Assembly: GCF_033659955.1 (NCBI RefSeq)
Contig: NZ_JARUJP010000006.1
Location: forward strand, 138,434 to 202,433
Direction: 5' to 3'
Length of the DNA: 64,000 nt
Source of the DNA: Clostridium tanneri
Lineage (GTDB): Bacteria > Bacillota > Clostridia > Clostridiales > Clostridiaceae
The position numbers and the translations under genes are program-made. Below are positions 1 to 9,405 of this stretch, one piece after another (the stretch's first letter is position 1; each line of letters begins with the position of its first letter). Under the pieces are notes generated by a model, which did not search any database, was not told where the DNA came from, and saw only the letters and a program-made list of their open reading frames with translations.

Positions 1-1117
1 GAATTTCAGCCGGCGTACGGTGGTCCGCTACTTCAAATTGAGGTTTTTCATCTGAATGTTTTAGCGCGTTGCTTTCTGCATAACTTCCTACTCCCACGCA
101 GGAGCCAGCACTTATCTGTGATATACCTACAGATATAACCTTGTCTCTAAAATTTGCTTCCTCTCTAGTTGAAAGAATCATTCCAGTATAAGGGACTGCT
201 AATCTTAAAACTGCTACTATTTTTATAAACTGCTCATCAGTGATTAGGTGAGGAAATTCTTTAAAATCTACTCCATCTGCAGCTCTTAATCTTGGCATAG
301 ATATAGTATGAGGGCCAACTCCTGTTGCTTTTTCCAAGTGTTCGGCATGCATAAGCATTGCTACTGTATCATACTGATGATCGTATAGACCGTATAGCAC
401 GCCAATTCCTACATCATCAATTCCGGCAGCCCTTGCTCTGTGCATAGCAGTAGTATGCCAATTGTAGTTATGTTTTGGTCCTACTGGGTGTAACTTTTCA
501 TAAGTTTCTTTATTATAGGTTTCTTGGAAAAGCGTATATGTTCCTATTTCTGCATCTTTTAACCTCTTATAGTCCTCTACAGTAGTAGCTGCAATATTAA
601 TATTTATACGTCTTATACTGCCATTTTTAAATTTCATAGAGTAAATAGTTTTAATACAATCGATTATATAATCTAGAGAACAGTTAACAGGATCTTCCCC
701 TGCCTCTAACACTATTCTCTTATGTCCTAATGCCTCTATATACTCTACCTCTTGCTTTATCTCATCCATAGTCAATTTTCTTCTTGGGAAATCCTTATTA
801 GTGCACTTATATCCACAATATTTACAGCCATTAACACAATAGTCGCTTACATAAAGTGGTGCAAATAAAACTATTCTATTTCCATAGATAGTCTCCTTTA
901 CCTTTCTCGCAGCTCTAAACATTTCCTCTAATATTTCTTTATCTTCAATATTTAGTAATACTGCTGCTTCTCTATGTGTAAGACCTTTACATGCCTTCGC
1001 CTTTTCTATAAGTCCTACTACATATTCTTTATCCTTGACTTTTTCTTTTCCTTCTTCTATAGATTCTCTTATTTCAGAATCTATAATGAACTCTTCTGCT
1101 AAAAATTCTTTCATCAT
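1..1117 (-). CDS. hydG: radical SAM enzyme, [FeFe]-hydrogenase maturase HydG-like (ThiH/HydG family); N-terminal part only, the gene runs off the left edge
   Basis: Absent from the ORF track because it is truncated. The reverse strand shows GGGGGG-N4-ATGATG (start at 1117), then MMKEFLAEEF...FAPLYVSDYCVNGCKYCGY with a CX3CX2C radical-SAM triad, and ...LEAGEDPVNCSLDYIIDCIKTIYS. The N-terminal layout resembles clostridial HydG. ThiH cannot be excluded without the C-terminus. Confidence 0.6.
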   Translation of the reverse strand, partial: MMKEFLAEEFIIDSEIRESIEEGKEKVKDKEYVVGLIEKAKACKGLTHREAAVLLNIEDKEILEEMFRAARKVKETIYGNRIVLFAPLYVSDYCVNGCKYCGYKCTNKDFPRRKLTMDEIKQEVEYIEALGHKRIVLEAGEDPVNCSLDYIIDCIKTIYSMKFKNGSIRRININIAATTVEDYKRLKDAEIGTYTLFQETYNKETYEKLHPVGPKHNYNWHTTAMHRARAAGIDDVGIGVLYGLYDHQYDTVAMLMHAEHLEKATGVGPHTISMPRLRAADGVDFKEFPHLITDEQFIKIVAVLRLAVPYTGMILSTREEANFRDKVISVGISQISAGSCVGVGSYAESNALKHSDEKPQFEVADHRTPAEI

Positions 1118-1268
1118 TTTACCCCCCAATTTCTTCTAGCTTGGAATGGAGAATCAGAAACTTAAAACTATAGAAAAACTGTAATCTTAATTCTTTATTC
1201 CCTATTCTCAATTTTATTTAAAATAAATTACTTAACAAACTGTATAATAACTTTCTACAAACCTGTGG

Positions 1269-2027
1269 CTATGTACTTAAAAGCTGATCCATTATTTGTT
1301 CCCTTAGTCTTATAAACTCCAAAGAAGCAGCATCTCTATAATAGCCCAAAGACACAGGAATTTCACTTAAGATACTCCCTTTGTCTAACACCACTACCTT
1401 CTGCCCCAAATAAATGGCTTCTTCTACATCATGTGTTACAAAAATTATAGTTTTATTATTTTCTCTGAATATATTTATAAATTCATTTTGTAGTTTTCTC
1501 CTATTAAAGGCATCTAAAGCTCCTAATGGTTCATCCATTAAAATTACTTCAGGATCATAACAAAGAGTTCTTCCCAAGGCTACCCTCTGTGCCATGCCTC
1601 CTGAAATTTGAGCTGGGTAAGCATCCTTGAAACTTTCCAATCCCAACATATCTAAGTATTTATGAACTATATAATAAACTTCTTCTTTATCTCTATTTTT
1701 AGTAAGAGGAAAGGCCATGTTTTGTTCTACAGTTAGCCAAGGCATAAGTCTAGGTTCCTGAAAAACAATACCTACTCTTTTAGCTCTATCTAGTTCCCTT
1801 ATTGTTTGTCCAAAATTAATTTCCCCCTCTGTTTGCTGCTCTAATCCACATATTATTTTAAGGAGGGTTGTCTTTCCGCAGCCACTTTTACCAACTATTG
1901 ATGTGAAACTTCCCTCTTTTATAGATAGATTTACATTGTTAAGGGCCTTTACTTCCCTTCCTTTTATATTAAAATTCTTGGATAGATTCCTTATTATCAG
2001 TGCCTCCATACTCAACCTCTTTTCCAT
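1269..2027 (-). CDS. ABC transporter ATP-binding protein (NitT/TauT family, SsuB/TauB/ThiZ-like)
   Basis: Walker A GKSGCGKTT, signature LSGGMAQRVALGRTL and Walker B ILMDEPLGALD. The real start may be the internal Met at 2009, which would remove the overlap with the permease gene. Confidence 0.85.
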   Translation of the reverse strand: MEKRLSMEALIIRNLSKNFNIKGREVKALNNVNLSIKEGSFTSIVGKSGCGKTTLLKIICGLEQQTEGEINFGQTIRELDRAKRVGIVFQEPRLMPWLTVEQNMAFPLTKNRDKEEVYYIVHKYLDMLGLESFKDAYPAQISGGMAQRVALGRTLCYDPEVILMDEPLGALDAFNRRKLQNEFINIFRENNKTIIFVTHDVEEAIYLGQKVVVLDKGSILSEIPVSLGYYRDAASLEFIRLREQIMDQLLST

Positions 2028-2760
2028 GATAAATTACAAGTTTATTTGTAAGCTTTAAGCAGATATAGTCAACAGCATAGCCTAAAATTCCTATAGAAAA
2101 AATTCCTACTATAATAATATCTGGTCTGGACAGTTGCTCTGCATCCATTATCATGTATCCTATACCTGAAGATGCTGCAATAAGTTCTGCCCCCATTAAA
2201 GCTCTCCAACTGTAACCAAGTCCTAGCTGTATTCCGGTTAATATATATGGAACTGCTTGAGGAAATATTATCTTAAAAAACTTATCTCTACTGCTAAAAT
2301 TAAATACTTCTCCTACTTCTAAAAGCTTTCTGTCATAATTAGTAATGCCAGTTAACGTACTTGAAAACACGGGAAAAAAGGTAGCAAGAAAAATAACTGC
2401 CAATTTGGAGGTTTCTCCAATGCCAAACCACAATATTAACATAGGAATAACAGCCATTGGTGGAATATGTCTATTAAATTCTAAAAAAGGTTCCAAATAG
2501 TCCATAGTTTTTTTATTCATTCCTACGAAAATAGCAAAAGGAAAAGCTATTGCAAAGGTTATTATAAAGCCTAAAAACACTCTGTAAAAACTAACCATCA
2601 AATGCTTAAGCAAAATACCGCTTTTTAATAATTCATAAGCAGTACTTGCTACAGCCAACGGCTTTGGTATTATATAATCATTAAAAATATGTAAAACAGA
2701 GCCTGTCCACCATATTATTAAAATAAATATCGGTATAATCATTCCCCTTATCGTCTTCAT
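1969..2760 (-). CDS. ABC transporter permease (NitT/TauT family, binding-protein-dependent inner-membrane component)
   Basis: 263-aa polytopic membrane protein with an EAA-like loop (GAELIAASSGIGYMI). It is directly upstream of and overlapping the ATPase gene. No substrate-binding protein gene is adjacent. Confidence 0.85.
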   Translation of the reverse strand: MKTIRGMIIPIFILIIWWTGSVLHIFNDYIIPKPLAVASTAYELLKSGILLKHLMVSFYRVFLGFIITFAIAFPFAIFVGMNKKTMDYLEPFLEFNRHIPPMAVIPMLILWFGIGETSKLAVIFLATFFPVFSSTLTGITNYDRKLLEVGEVFNFSSRDKFFKIIFPQAVPYILTGIQLGLGYSWRALMGAELIAASSGIGYMIMDAEQLSRPDIIIVGIFSIGILGYAVDYICLKLTNKLVIYHGKEVEYGGTDNKESIQEF

Positions 2761-2785
2761 CTAAAGTCCCCTTCATTATTTCAGA

Positions 2786-2824
2786 AAATAAAAAACTTTC
2801 CCTAAATTATACTTTAGGGAAAGT
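2786..2824 (-). terminator. intrinsic terminator / attenuator hairpin in the leader of the ABC permease gene
   Basis: On the minus strand: ACTTTCCCTAAAgtataaTTTAGGGAAAGT followed by TTTTTTATTTT. The hairpin ends about 15 nt before the permease SD (GAAGGGGAC) and start codon. Confidence 0.5.
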
Positions 2825-3007
2825 CAGATTTCTACCCAATTTTATAGATATAAATACCTATTTATTGTGTGTACTCTAATTTCCCTTCAGATCAGATATT
2901 TCCTTTCTGTTAGGTTTTACTCAAAACACATTGAATTTATCTGCTAATCCAACATTTTAGAAATTTCTAAAAATATCCGATTTCACAAATAATTAGGTTA
3001 TACTTTA

Positions 3008-3035
3008 ATTCTATCACCATATTTGCATTTGTCAA
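3008..3035 (-). promoter_or_regulatory. sigma-A-type promoter for the ABC operon leader
   Basis: Minus strand: TTGACA (3035..3030), 16-nt spacer, extended -10 TGaTAGAAT (-10 hexamer at 3013..3008). It would give a leader of roughly 240 nt. Confidence 0.4.
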
Positions 3036-3424
3036 CTTTTTTCCAACAATTGCAACTTAGAGAATTTTATTACACATATTGTTCTCCATCTTTATTTTCA
3101 TAACCACTTTCGTTATAGGCCCTTTTTTCTATAGTTTGTTTTATTTGATTTTTTGAAAATTGATTTTGATCTTTAAAGCCCTTTTGTTTAAAGTTTCTTT
3201 TATCTCCAACTTTCATAATATAAAACACCTCCACTTTATCATCTTGTACATTGTTTATGCTTTCCTACAGTAAAATTTATTATACTTGCATATATTAACT
3301 ACCGTTTTTACGTTATAGCAGATTTGAAAATCCATTATTTTCAATCCATTATACATATTTTTTTATAAGTATGGCTATAATTACCTTAATGGCATTACAA
3401 AATCTTGATTAAGGTGGAATGTAA

Positions 3425-3892
3425 ATGAACGGTGATAAACAAGATAATCCAAAAAATAGTGGTGAGTATTTTATCGACGACTTTATATATCCTGGCGCTA
3501 AAAAAATTAAAATTAGCTTAAATGATTTAAATGTAGTATACTCTTCCACTGCTCATGCTTTAGGAAGTGCTGAATCCCTTCTTTCTAAAATCATTGAAGG
3601 ACATGTTCATCATAGTGAACATGTTGCTGTATTAAAAAGGAGAATATCAGTATATAGTACAGTGTTATCATTATGCAGAAATGCATTGGATAAAGATGAA
3701 GATATAGAACTAAACCTTAAAGCCTTTGATTTAAAGCTTTTGATTCAGATGTTAGAATATGAATTAAAACTAACTCAGGCCTTTAAGAAGTTATCTTCCT
3801 TCAATATAGAAAACTTAAACAAGGAGTATAGTAGACTAAAAAAGGTTTATACTGAACTTTCTGTAATCTATGAAAATTCAATACCTCACTAA
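3425..3892 (+). CDS. hypothetical protein (155 aa)
   Basis: ORF preceded by SD AAGGTGGAA. No recognisable motifs. Confidence 0.5.
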   Translation: MNGDKQDNPKNSGEYFIDDFIYPGAKKIKISLNDLNVVYSSTAHALGSAESLLSKIIEGHVHHSEHVAVLKRRISVYSTVLSLCRNALDKDEDIELNLKAFDLKLLIQMLEYELKLTQAFKKLSSFNIENLNKEYSRLKKVYTELSVIYENSIPH

Positions 3893-3896
3893 TATT

Positions 3897-3946
3897 AAAA
3901 TACGACATAACTTAGGATAATCATATCTAAGTTTATGCCGTATTTT
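3897..3946. terminator. bidirectional intrinsic terminator (long imperfect hairpin)
   Basis: AAAATACGACATAACTTAG ... CTAAGTTTATGCCGTATTTT, flanked by A/T runs. It lies between convergent genes. Confidence 0.5.
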
Positions 3947-3951
3947 AATAT

Positions 3952-4092
3952 TTAGTAGTCCCAAGGATACTTTTCATCTGGTTTGCTCTTAGCAGCCTTC
4001 TTCTGGTCTTTTTTATTATTGCTTAGGACTGTGTCAAAATCTAGCTTTTCCCCTTTTAGATCTTTGTTATCTGACCTAATTCCACTTTTCAT
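3952..4092 (-). CDS. small lysine-rich hydrophilic protein (46 aa), unannotated
   Basis: Minus strand: GAGGTGAAATTT-ATG, encoding MKSGIRSDNKDLKGEKLDFDTVLSNNKKDQKKAAKSKPDEKYPWDY*. It is below the ORF-track size cut-off. Confidence 0.3.
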   Translation of the reverse strand: MKSGIRSDNKDLKGEKLDFDTVLSNNKKDQKKAAKSKPDEKYPWDY

Positions 4093-4380
4093 AAATTTCA
4101 CCTCACTTTTGGAAAGCATATTTTCACCTTAGATTTAACTAACAGCATTACCATAGTTCTAAATTTACTTTGATAATAAATATAATACTATTTCACTTTA
4201 TATTATTTGCAAAGTATTAAAAAACATGAAAATTCACAAGTATTTTTTTAAATCGTTTTTCTTAATAACCTGTCCAACTGTGGTATACAGTGGCTTGGAA
4301 GTATTTCCTTGATTTATTTCTATTATAGATGTCGAATACTACTAATAATAATCTTGATTTAAGTCAAGGAGGACCCAAAG

Positions 4381-5454
4381 ATGAGACGAAAAAGAAGGCA
4401 TAAAAAAAGATATCTAAAAAAAATAATCTTTCTCACAATCATATTTATAACAATAGCCGGCTTAGGAAGTTTTTTATATGTTAACTATCAGTTAGATAAA
4501 ATAAAAATTAACCCTATTACTAGAGAAGAAAATAACTCAGAGAGTTTATCCAATGATGAATACGGCTCCTATACTAAAAAGAACATAGAAAAAGATTCTT
4601 CCAAGCTCTATGATGAACAAAGTAAAACAAATAACTCAATAGTTAATATAGCATTATTCGGAGTAGACTCTAGAAGTAGCAAGTCAGATCCTCCTCATTC
4701 AGATTGTATAATAATTGCTACTATCGATTATAAGCATAATAAAATTAAATTGTCTTCAATAATGCGGGATACTTATGTTGCAGTAACTGGTCATAACCAA
4801 ACTAAAATTACTGAGGCATATACCTATGGAGGACCAAAATTAGCCTTAGACACAATTAATTATAATTTTGACTTAAATATTAAAGACTATGTAACTGTAG
4901 ATTTTAATGGAATGACAAAAATCATTGATAGTTTAGGAGGCATTGACGTTGACGTAAAAAAATACGAACTAAGAGAGCTTAACAGATGTATTGCTGAAAC
5001 TGGAGAAATCGAAAAAAAAGGTTATTCCCTTGTTAAAACATCTGGACTCCAAACATTAGATGGTATTCAAACTGTTGCCTATGCAAGAATACGGAAGGTT
5101 GGAGATGGCGATTTTGAAAGAACAGAAAGGCAGCGTCTAATTTTAAACCAAATAATAAGCAAGATGAAAACAGTATCCCCTGGAAAATATCCATATATAG
5201 TTTCTGAGCTTTTACCATCGGTGGAAACAAGTCTCGATAAGTCAGAGATACTGGCTGTAGGAGGGAAATTTATTTTTTCTGGTATTTCTAATTTAGAACA
5301 ACAAAGATTTCCTGTAGATGGTTATTGTAAAGGAGAAGTAGTAGATGACATATGGTATCTTGTACCTAAACCAAGCTTAAGTACAACTAAAGAGCAAATA
5401 TATAATTATATTTTTCAAGATATAAAACCACTTCCTAAAGATCCACTATTCTAA
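4381..5454 (+). CDS. LytR-CpsA-Psr (LCP) family cell-envelope protein
   Basis: N-terminal TM helix followed by an LCP domain (NIALFGVDSR, SDCIIIATID, KLSSIMRDTYV, DFNGMTKIIDSLGGIDVDV). Confidence 0.85.
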   Translation: MRRKRRHKKRYLKKIIFLTIIFITIAGLGSFLYVNYQLDKIKINPITREENNSESLSNDEYGSYTKKNIEKDSSKLYDEQSKTNNSIVNIALFGVDSRSSKSDPPHSDCIIIATIDYKHNKIKLSSIMRDTYVAVTGHNQTKITEAYTYGGPKLALDTINYNFDLNIKDYVTVDFNGMTKIIDSLGGIDVDVKKYELRELNRCIAETGEIEKKGYSLVKTSGLQTLDGIQTVAYARIRKVGDGDFERTERQRLILNQIISKMKTVSPGKYPYIVSELLPSVETSLDKSEILAVGGKFIFSGISNLEQQRFPVDGYCKGEVVDDIWYLVPKPSLSTTKEQIYNYIFQDIKPLPKDPLF

Positions 5455-5584
5455 ATATATTTATCATAATAACTTAGAGCCATTGTCATTTTTCTTGCGT
5501 AGAGAGAAGAATACTAATGGCTCTATTACAATTAATTATGGAATAAAATTCATTTTATATTGATATTCCCTGTCTTTGGTGATA

Positions 5585-5624
5585 ATATTGTTTTACAGGT
5601 GTATATACACCTGTAAAACAATAT
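5585..5624. promoter_or_regulatory. 40-bp perfect palindrome (operator candidate) immediately upstream of nadA
   Basis: ATATTGTTTTACAGGTGTAT|ATACACCTGTAAAACAATAT, ending 24 nt before the nadA start codon. Confidence 0.5.
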
Positions 5625-5647
5625 GTATATCGAGCGGGGGAATAGTA

Positions 5648-6559
5648 ATGGAAATCAATCTAAATGAAGAAATCATAAAGTTAAAAAAAGAGAAAAATGC
5701 CATAATTTTAGCTCATTATTATCAAAGACCTGAAATTCAAGATATAGCTGATGCTGTTGGAGACTCCTATTATCTAAGCAAAATGGCAAGAGAATGTAGT
5801 GAAAATTTAATAGTTTTTTGTGGGGTAAGATTTATGGCTGAAAGCGCGAAAATCTTATCACCAGAAAAAATAGTTCTTCTTCCTGCTGCAGATGCTGGTT
5901 GTCCTATGGCTGACATGGCAGCAGCTGAAGAAGTTAAAATTTTAAAAGAAAAGCATCCTCATGCAAAGGTTGTTTGTTACATAAATTCTTCTGCTGAGGT
6001 AAAGTCTCTATCTGATGTATGCTGCACTTCTTCTAATGCATTAAAAATTATAAATAGTATAGAGGAAAAGGAAATAATATTTCTACCGGATAAGAACCTA
6101 GGTGAACATATAGCAGAGCAAATTCCTGATAAAGAATTTATACTATGGGATGGATTCTGTATAACTCATAAAAAAGTTAAAGCTGAAGCATTAGAAAAAG
6201 CTAGAAGTCTACATAAGGATATACTAATTGCAGCCCACCCTGAATGTGAAAAACCTGTACGAGCTGCTGCAGATTTTATAGGAAGTACTGGTGAAATTAT
6301 CAACTTTGTAAGTACAAGCTCTAATAGCAAGTTTCTTATTGTAACGGAGGAAGGTGTTCTTCATGAGATAAAAAGAAAAAATCCTGAAAAGAAATTTTAT
6401 CTTCCAGGAGGCGGTATGAGCTGTATAAATATGAAAAAAACCTATTTAAAAGATGTATATAATAGTCTATTGAATATGGAAAATAAGATAGAAATAAATG
6501 AAGAGATAAGAAAAAAAGCTTATGTATCACTAGCTAACATGCATGAGCTTGGGAGGTAA
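5648..6559 (+). CDS. nadA: quinolinate synthase NadA
   Basis: The real start is MEINLNEE... after SD GAGCGGGGGAATAGTA; the track ORF beginning at 5576 is a 5' over-extension. Conserved NadA blocks are present (ILAHYYQ, FCGVRFMAE). Confidence 0.9.
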   Translation: MEINLNEEIIKLKKEKNAIILAHYYQRPEIQDIADAVGDSYYLSKMARECSENLIVFCGVRFMAESAKILSPEKIVLLPAADAGCPMADMAAAEEVKILKEKHPHAKVVCYINSSAEVKSLSDVCCTSSNALKIINSIEEKEIIFLPDKNLGEHIAEQIPDKEFILWDGFCITHKKVKAEALEKARSLHKDILIAAHPECEKPVRAAADFIGSTGEIINFVSTSSNSKFLIVTEEGVLHEIKRKNPEKKFYLPGGGMSCINMKKTYLKDVYNSLLNMENKIEINEEIRKKAYVSLANMHELGR

Positions 6560-6564
6560 TATCC

Positions 6565-7866
6565 ATGGATATTTTAGCGGATGTTTTGATAGTCGGCACA
6601 GGCATCGCAGGGTTGTATACCGCCCTTAATTTAAGAAAAGATTTAAAAATAGTGATTATTTCAAAGGGTAATATAGACCAATGTAACACCAGTCTTGCCC
6701 AGGGAGGAATATCTGTTGCTAGGGGCTACACTGATATAGATTCTTTTACACAAGATACTTTAAGGGCTGGGCAAATGGAAAATAGTGTAGAAGCGGTAAA
6801 AACTTTAGTTGAAGAATCAATGGAAAATATAAATCACCTTTGTAATTTAGGTGTAGATTTTGATAAAGACAGAGAAGGCCTATGCTATACCCGTGAAGGA
6901 GCTCATAGTATAAATAGAATAGTGCATTGTAAGGACTTTACTGGTGAAAAAGTAGAAGATATTCTTATTACTAATATTAAGTCAAGAAAAAACATAACTA
7001 TATTGGAGAATTGTTGTTTAATAGATATTATACAAAAGGATAATGTTTGTATGGGAGGAATTTGTCTAAAAAACAATGAACAAATTAATATCCTAACCAA
7101 AGTTACAACCCTTGCTACCGGAGGAATCGGCGGTATATTTAAGAACTCTACTAACCAGAGAATACTTACTGGAGACGGTATCGCCATCGCAATAAAAAAC
7201 AAAGTAAAAGTTAAAAATCTAAATTATATTCAGTTTCACCCTACAGCTTTTTTTTGCTCTAATCAAGATGAAAAGAGGTTTTTAATCTCTGAATCTGTTA
7301 GAGGTGAAGGCGGTAAACTAATAAATAATGAAGGTAAAAGATTTGTAGAGGAACTTCTTCCTCGGGATGTAGTTACAAGGTATATATATGAAGAAGAAAA
7401 AAGGACTAATAGTCGCAACGTCTATCTTGATGTTAGTTTTATGAATAAGGACTTTTTAATTAAAAGGTTTCCAAATATATATATAAAGTGTTTAGAAAAT
7501 GGTGTTGATATAGCAAAAGAACCTATTCCAGTTTCACCGGCTCAACATTATTTTATGGGAGGTATAGATGTAGATTTACAGGGCAGAACCTCTCTTAAAA
7601 ACCTGTATGCCTTTGGAGAAGTAAGTTGTACTGGAGTTCATGGTGCTAATAGATTAGCTAGTAATTCTCTACTAGAGGGATTGGTTTTTTCAAAGCGAGG
7701 TGCTATTCAAATAAATAGCATTATTGATACCCTAAAAATATATAAAATGCAAGCTCCTAGGCTTAAATATCACACTAAGTATTATGAGAAGGAGTATAAA
7801 CAAATTTTAATAGATAACATACTTAAGTTGAGAGGAGATCTTAAAAATGAACTGGTTACTTGTTGA
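6565..7866 (+). CDS. nadB: L-aspartate oxidase NadB
   Basis: FAD dinucleotide fold DVLIVGTGIAGL and a succinate-dehydrogenase/fumarate-reductase-type flavoprotein. It sits between nadA and nadC. Confidence 0.9.
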   Translation: MDILADVLIVGTGIAGLYTALNLRKDLKIVIISKGNIDQCNTSLAQGGISVARGYTDIDSFTQDTLRAGQMENSVEAVKTLVEESMENINHLCNLGVDFDKDREGLCYTREGAHSINRIVHCKDFTGEKVEDILITNIKSRKNITILENCCLIDIIQKDNVCMGGICLKNNEQINILTKVTTLATGGIGGIFKNSTNQRILTGDGIAIAIKNKVKVKNLNYIQFHPTAFFCSNQDEKRFLISESVRGEGGKLINNEGKRFVEELLPRDVVTRYIYEEEKRTNSRNVYLDVSFMNKDFLIKRFPNIYIKCLENGVDIAKEPIPVSPAQHYFMGGIDVDLQGRTSLKNLYAFGEVSCTGVHGANRLASNSLLEGLVFSKRGAIQINSIIDTLKIYKMQAPRLKYHTKYYEKEYKQILIDNILKLRGDLKNELVTC

Positions 7867-8701
7867 TGAACTTATTAAAGGTGCTCTTAAAGAAGATATT
7901 TATTATGAGGATATAACTACTAACTCTATAGTTGGACATTGTTCTCAGTCTACTGTAGACTTAATTTCCAAAGAAGATGGCATTATAGCAGGTACAGAAA
8001 TTTTTACGAGAGTTTTTACTCTCTTAGGCAGTGCTAATACAGAACTCTATGTTAATGATGGAGATAAAATCTATAAGGGCCAGAAGCTTGGTGAGATTTA
8101 CGGAAATACTAGAGCTATCCTCACTGGAGAAAGAGTAGCGCTAAATTTCCTTCAAAGAATGAGTGGTATTGCTACTCTTACAGATAAATTTGTAAGAAAA
8201 TTAGAAGGAACCACTACAAAGCTCTTAGATACAAGAAAAACTACTCCTGGTATGAGAGTTTTTGAAAAATATGCAGTAAAAGTAGGTGGAGGATGTAATC
8301 ATAGGTTTGGGCTAAATGATGGAGTTCTTATAAAAGATAACCATATAGATGCTGCTGGAGGAATAAAAAATGCAATTGAGTTGTTAAAAAAGAATGCATC
8401 CTTTGTTAGAAAAATAGAAGTTGAAGTAGAAAATTTAAGTCAACTTGAAGAAGCTCTAGAAGCTAAAGCGGATATAATAATGTTAGATAACATGGATATA
8501 GAAACCTTAAAGACAGCAGTAAAAATTGTAAACAGAAAAGCAACCACAGAAGCTTCCGGCAATGTTACCTTAGATAGTATAGATGAGATTGCTAAAACTG
8601 GAGTAGACTATATCTCTACAGGTGTATTAACACACTCCTTCAAAGTTTTAGACTTAAGCATAAAAAATTTAAGAATGTTAAAAAATAACATTAACCTTTA
8701 A
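7847..8701 (+). CDS. nadC: nicotinate-nucleotide pyrophosphorylase (quinolinate phosphoribosyltransferase) NadC
   Basis: QPRTase motifs (LDTRKTTPG, DNHI). Overlaps nadB by 20 nt. Confidence 0.9.
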   Translation: MNWLLVDELIKGALKEDIYYEDITTNSIVGHCSQSTVDLISKEDGIIAGTEIFTRVFTLLGSANTELYVNDGDKIYKGQKLGEIYGNTRAILTGERVALNFLQRMSGIATLTDKFVRKLEGTTTKLLDTRKTTPGMRVFEKYAVKVGGGCNHRFGLNDGVLIKDNHIDAAGGIKNAIELLKKNASFVRKIEVEVENLSQLEEALEAKADIIMLDNMDIETLKTAVKIVNRKATTEASGNVTLDSIDEIAKTGVDYISTGVLTHSFKVLDLSIKNLRMLKNNINL

Positions 8702-8824
8702 TATAAAATTAGAAATAATACTTGCTAAAATAATTGTAATTTTAGAAAACTTTCTATAGTATTAAAACTCCTCTTAGAAGTCAAAATAATAGTGTATCAT
8801 ATGACATGTGAGGAGGAATTATAA

Positions 8825-9214
8825 ATGACAAATCAACAAGAAAAAGATAGATTAATGCAAAAAACAAGAGAACAAGAAAAAGATGCACATCGTATAGATC
8901 AGCTAATAGATACCGTAGAAAACTATACTAGAACAGAGAGACATCTTGAGCAATATTCTCATATAGGTGATCCTAAAAACAAAGCTCATGCTAGAGATAT
9001 ACAATGTGCTAGAGAAGCGGAGATTCAACACCTAAAAAATGAGATTGTTTATGGTGCTGAATATGATGATCATCCATTAGAGAACTTAAAGGAAAATTAT
9101 GAAGATACAAAGGAATACTTAGACCACTTTGGCAATAGATTAGATAGTAAAACTTTAGCTAATGTAGAAGAAAAACAAAAAAATAGAGCAAGAACAATAG
9201 ATCAAATGGAGTAA
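8825..9214 (+). CDS. hypothetical protein, possibly a Tlp-like small acid-soluble spore protein
   Basis: 129-aa highly charged protein. The N-terminal region (QEKDRLMQKTREQEKDAHRIDQLIDTVENYTRTERHLEQ) resembles the Tlp family. SD GAGGAGGAA precedes the start. Confidence 0.4.
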   Translation: MTNQQEKDRLMQKTREQEKDAHRIDQLIDTVENYTRTERHLEQYSHIGDPKNKAHARDIQCAREAEIQHLKNEIVYGAEYDDHPLENLKENYEDTKEYLDHFGNRLDSKTLANVEEKQKNRARTIDQME

Positions 9215-9231
9215 TTTAATCTCTTAACCAC

Positions 9232-9285
9232 AAAGGCAGTACAATGCAAGTAAATCGCTTGTTATATTGTACTGCCTTTACTATT
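9232..9285 (+). terminator. intrinsic terminator hairpin after the 8825-9214 gene
   Basis: AAAGGCAGTACAAT ... ATTGTACTGCCTTT; the U-tract is weak. Confidence 0.45.
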
Positions 9286-9405
9286 GAGTCAACTTAACTT
9301 CTCTAAACTTGATAATAAAATTTTAGAAATTAGAAGGATTTTTTAATATGTTGTAGAAATTATTACAAGGTAGTAATTTATATTATTTAATAATTTAAGT
9401 TTGAA

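Noticed and set aside
2830-2960. Partial similarity of the ABC-operon leader to TPP (THI-box) riboswitch blocks (TGAGtAAAACC ... ATCTGATCTGaAGGGAA)
   Set aside because: The P3 and P5 helices and the GGGGTGC / GCGTAGGGA blocks are absent, so it cannot be a canonical TPP aptamer. It is kept only as an unassigned attenuator.
5576-5647. 5' extension of the nadA ORF in the track (MVIILFYRCIYTCKTICISSGGIV)
   Set aside because: It has no SD and runs through the 40-bp palindrome. The real start is ATG 5648 with SD GAGCGGGGG.
5033-7202. Antisense ORFs inside genes (5033-5230, 6336-6530, 6903-7202)
   Set aside because: They are embedded in and opposite to well-supported genes, with low-complexity translations and no SD.
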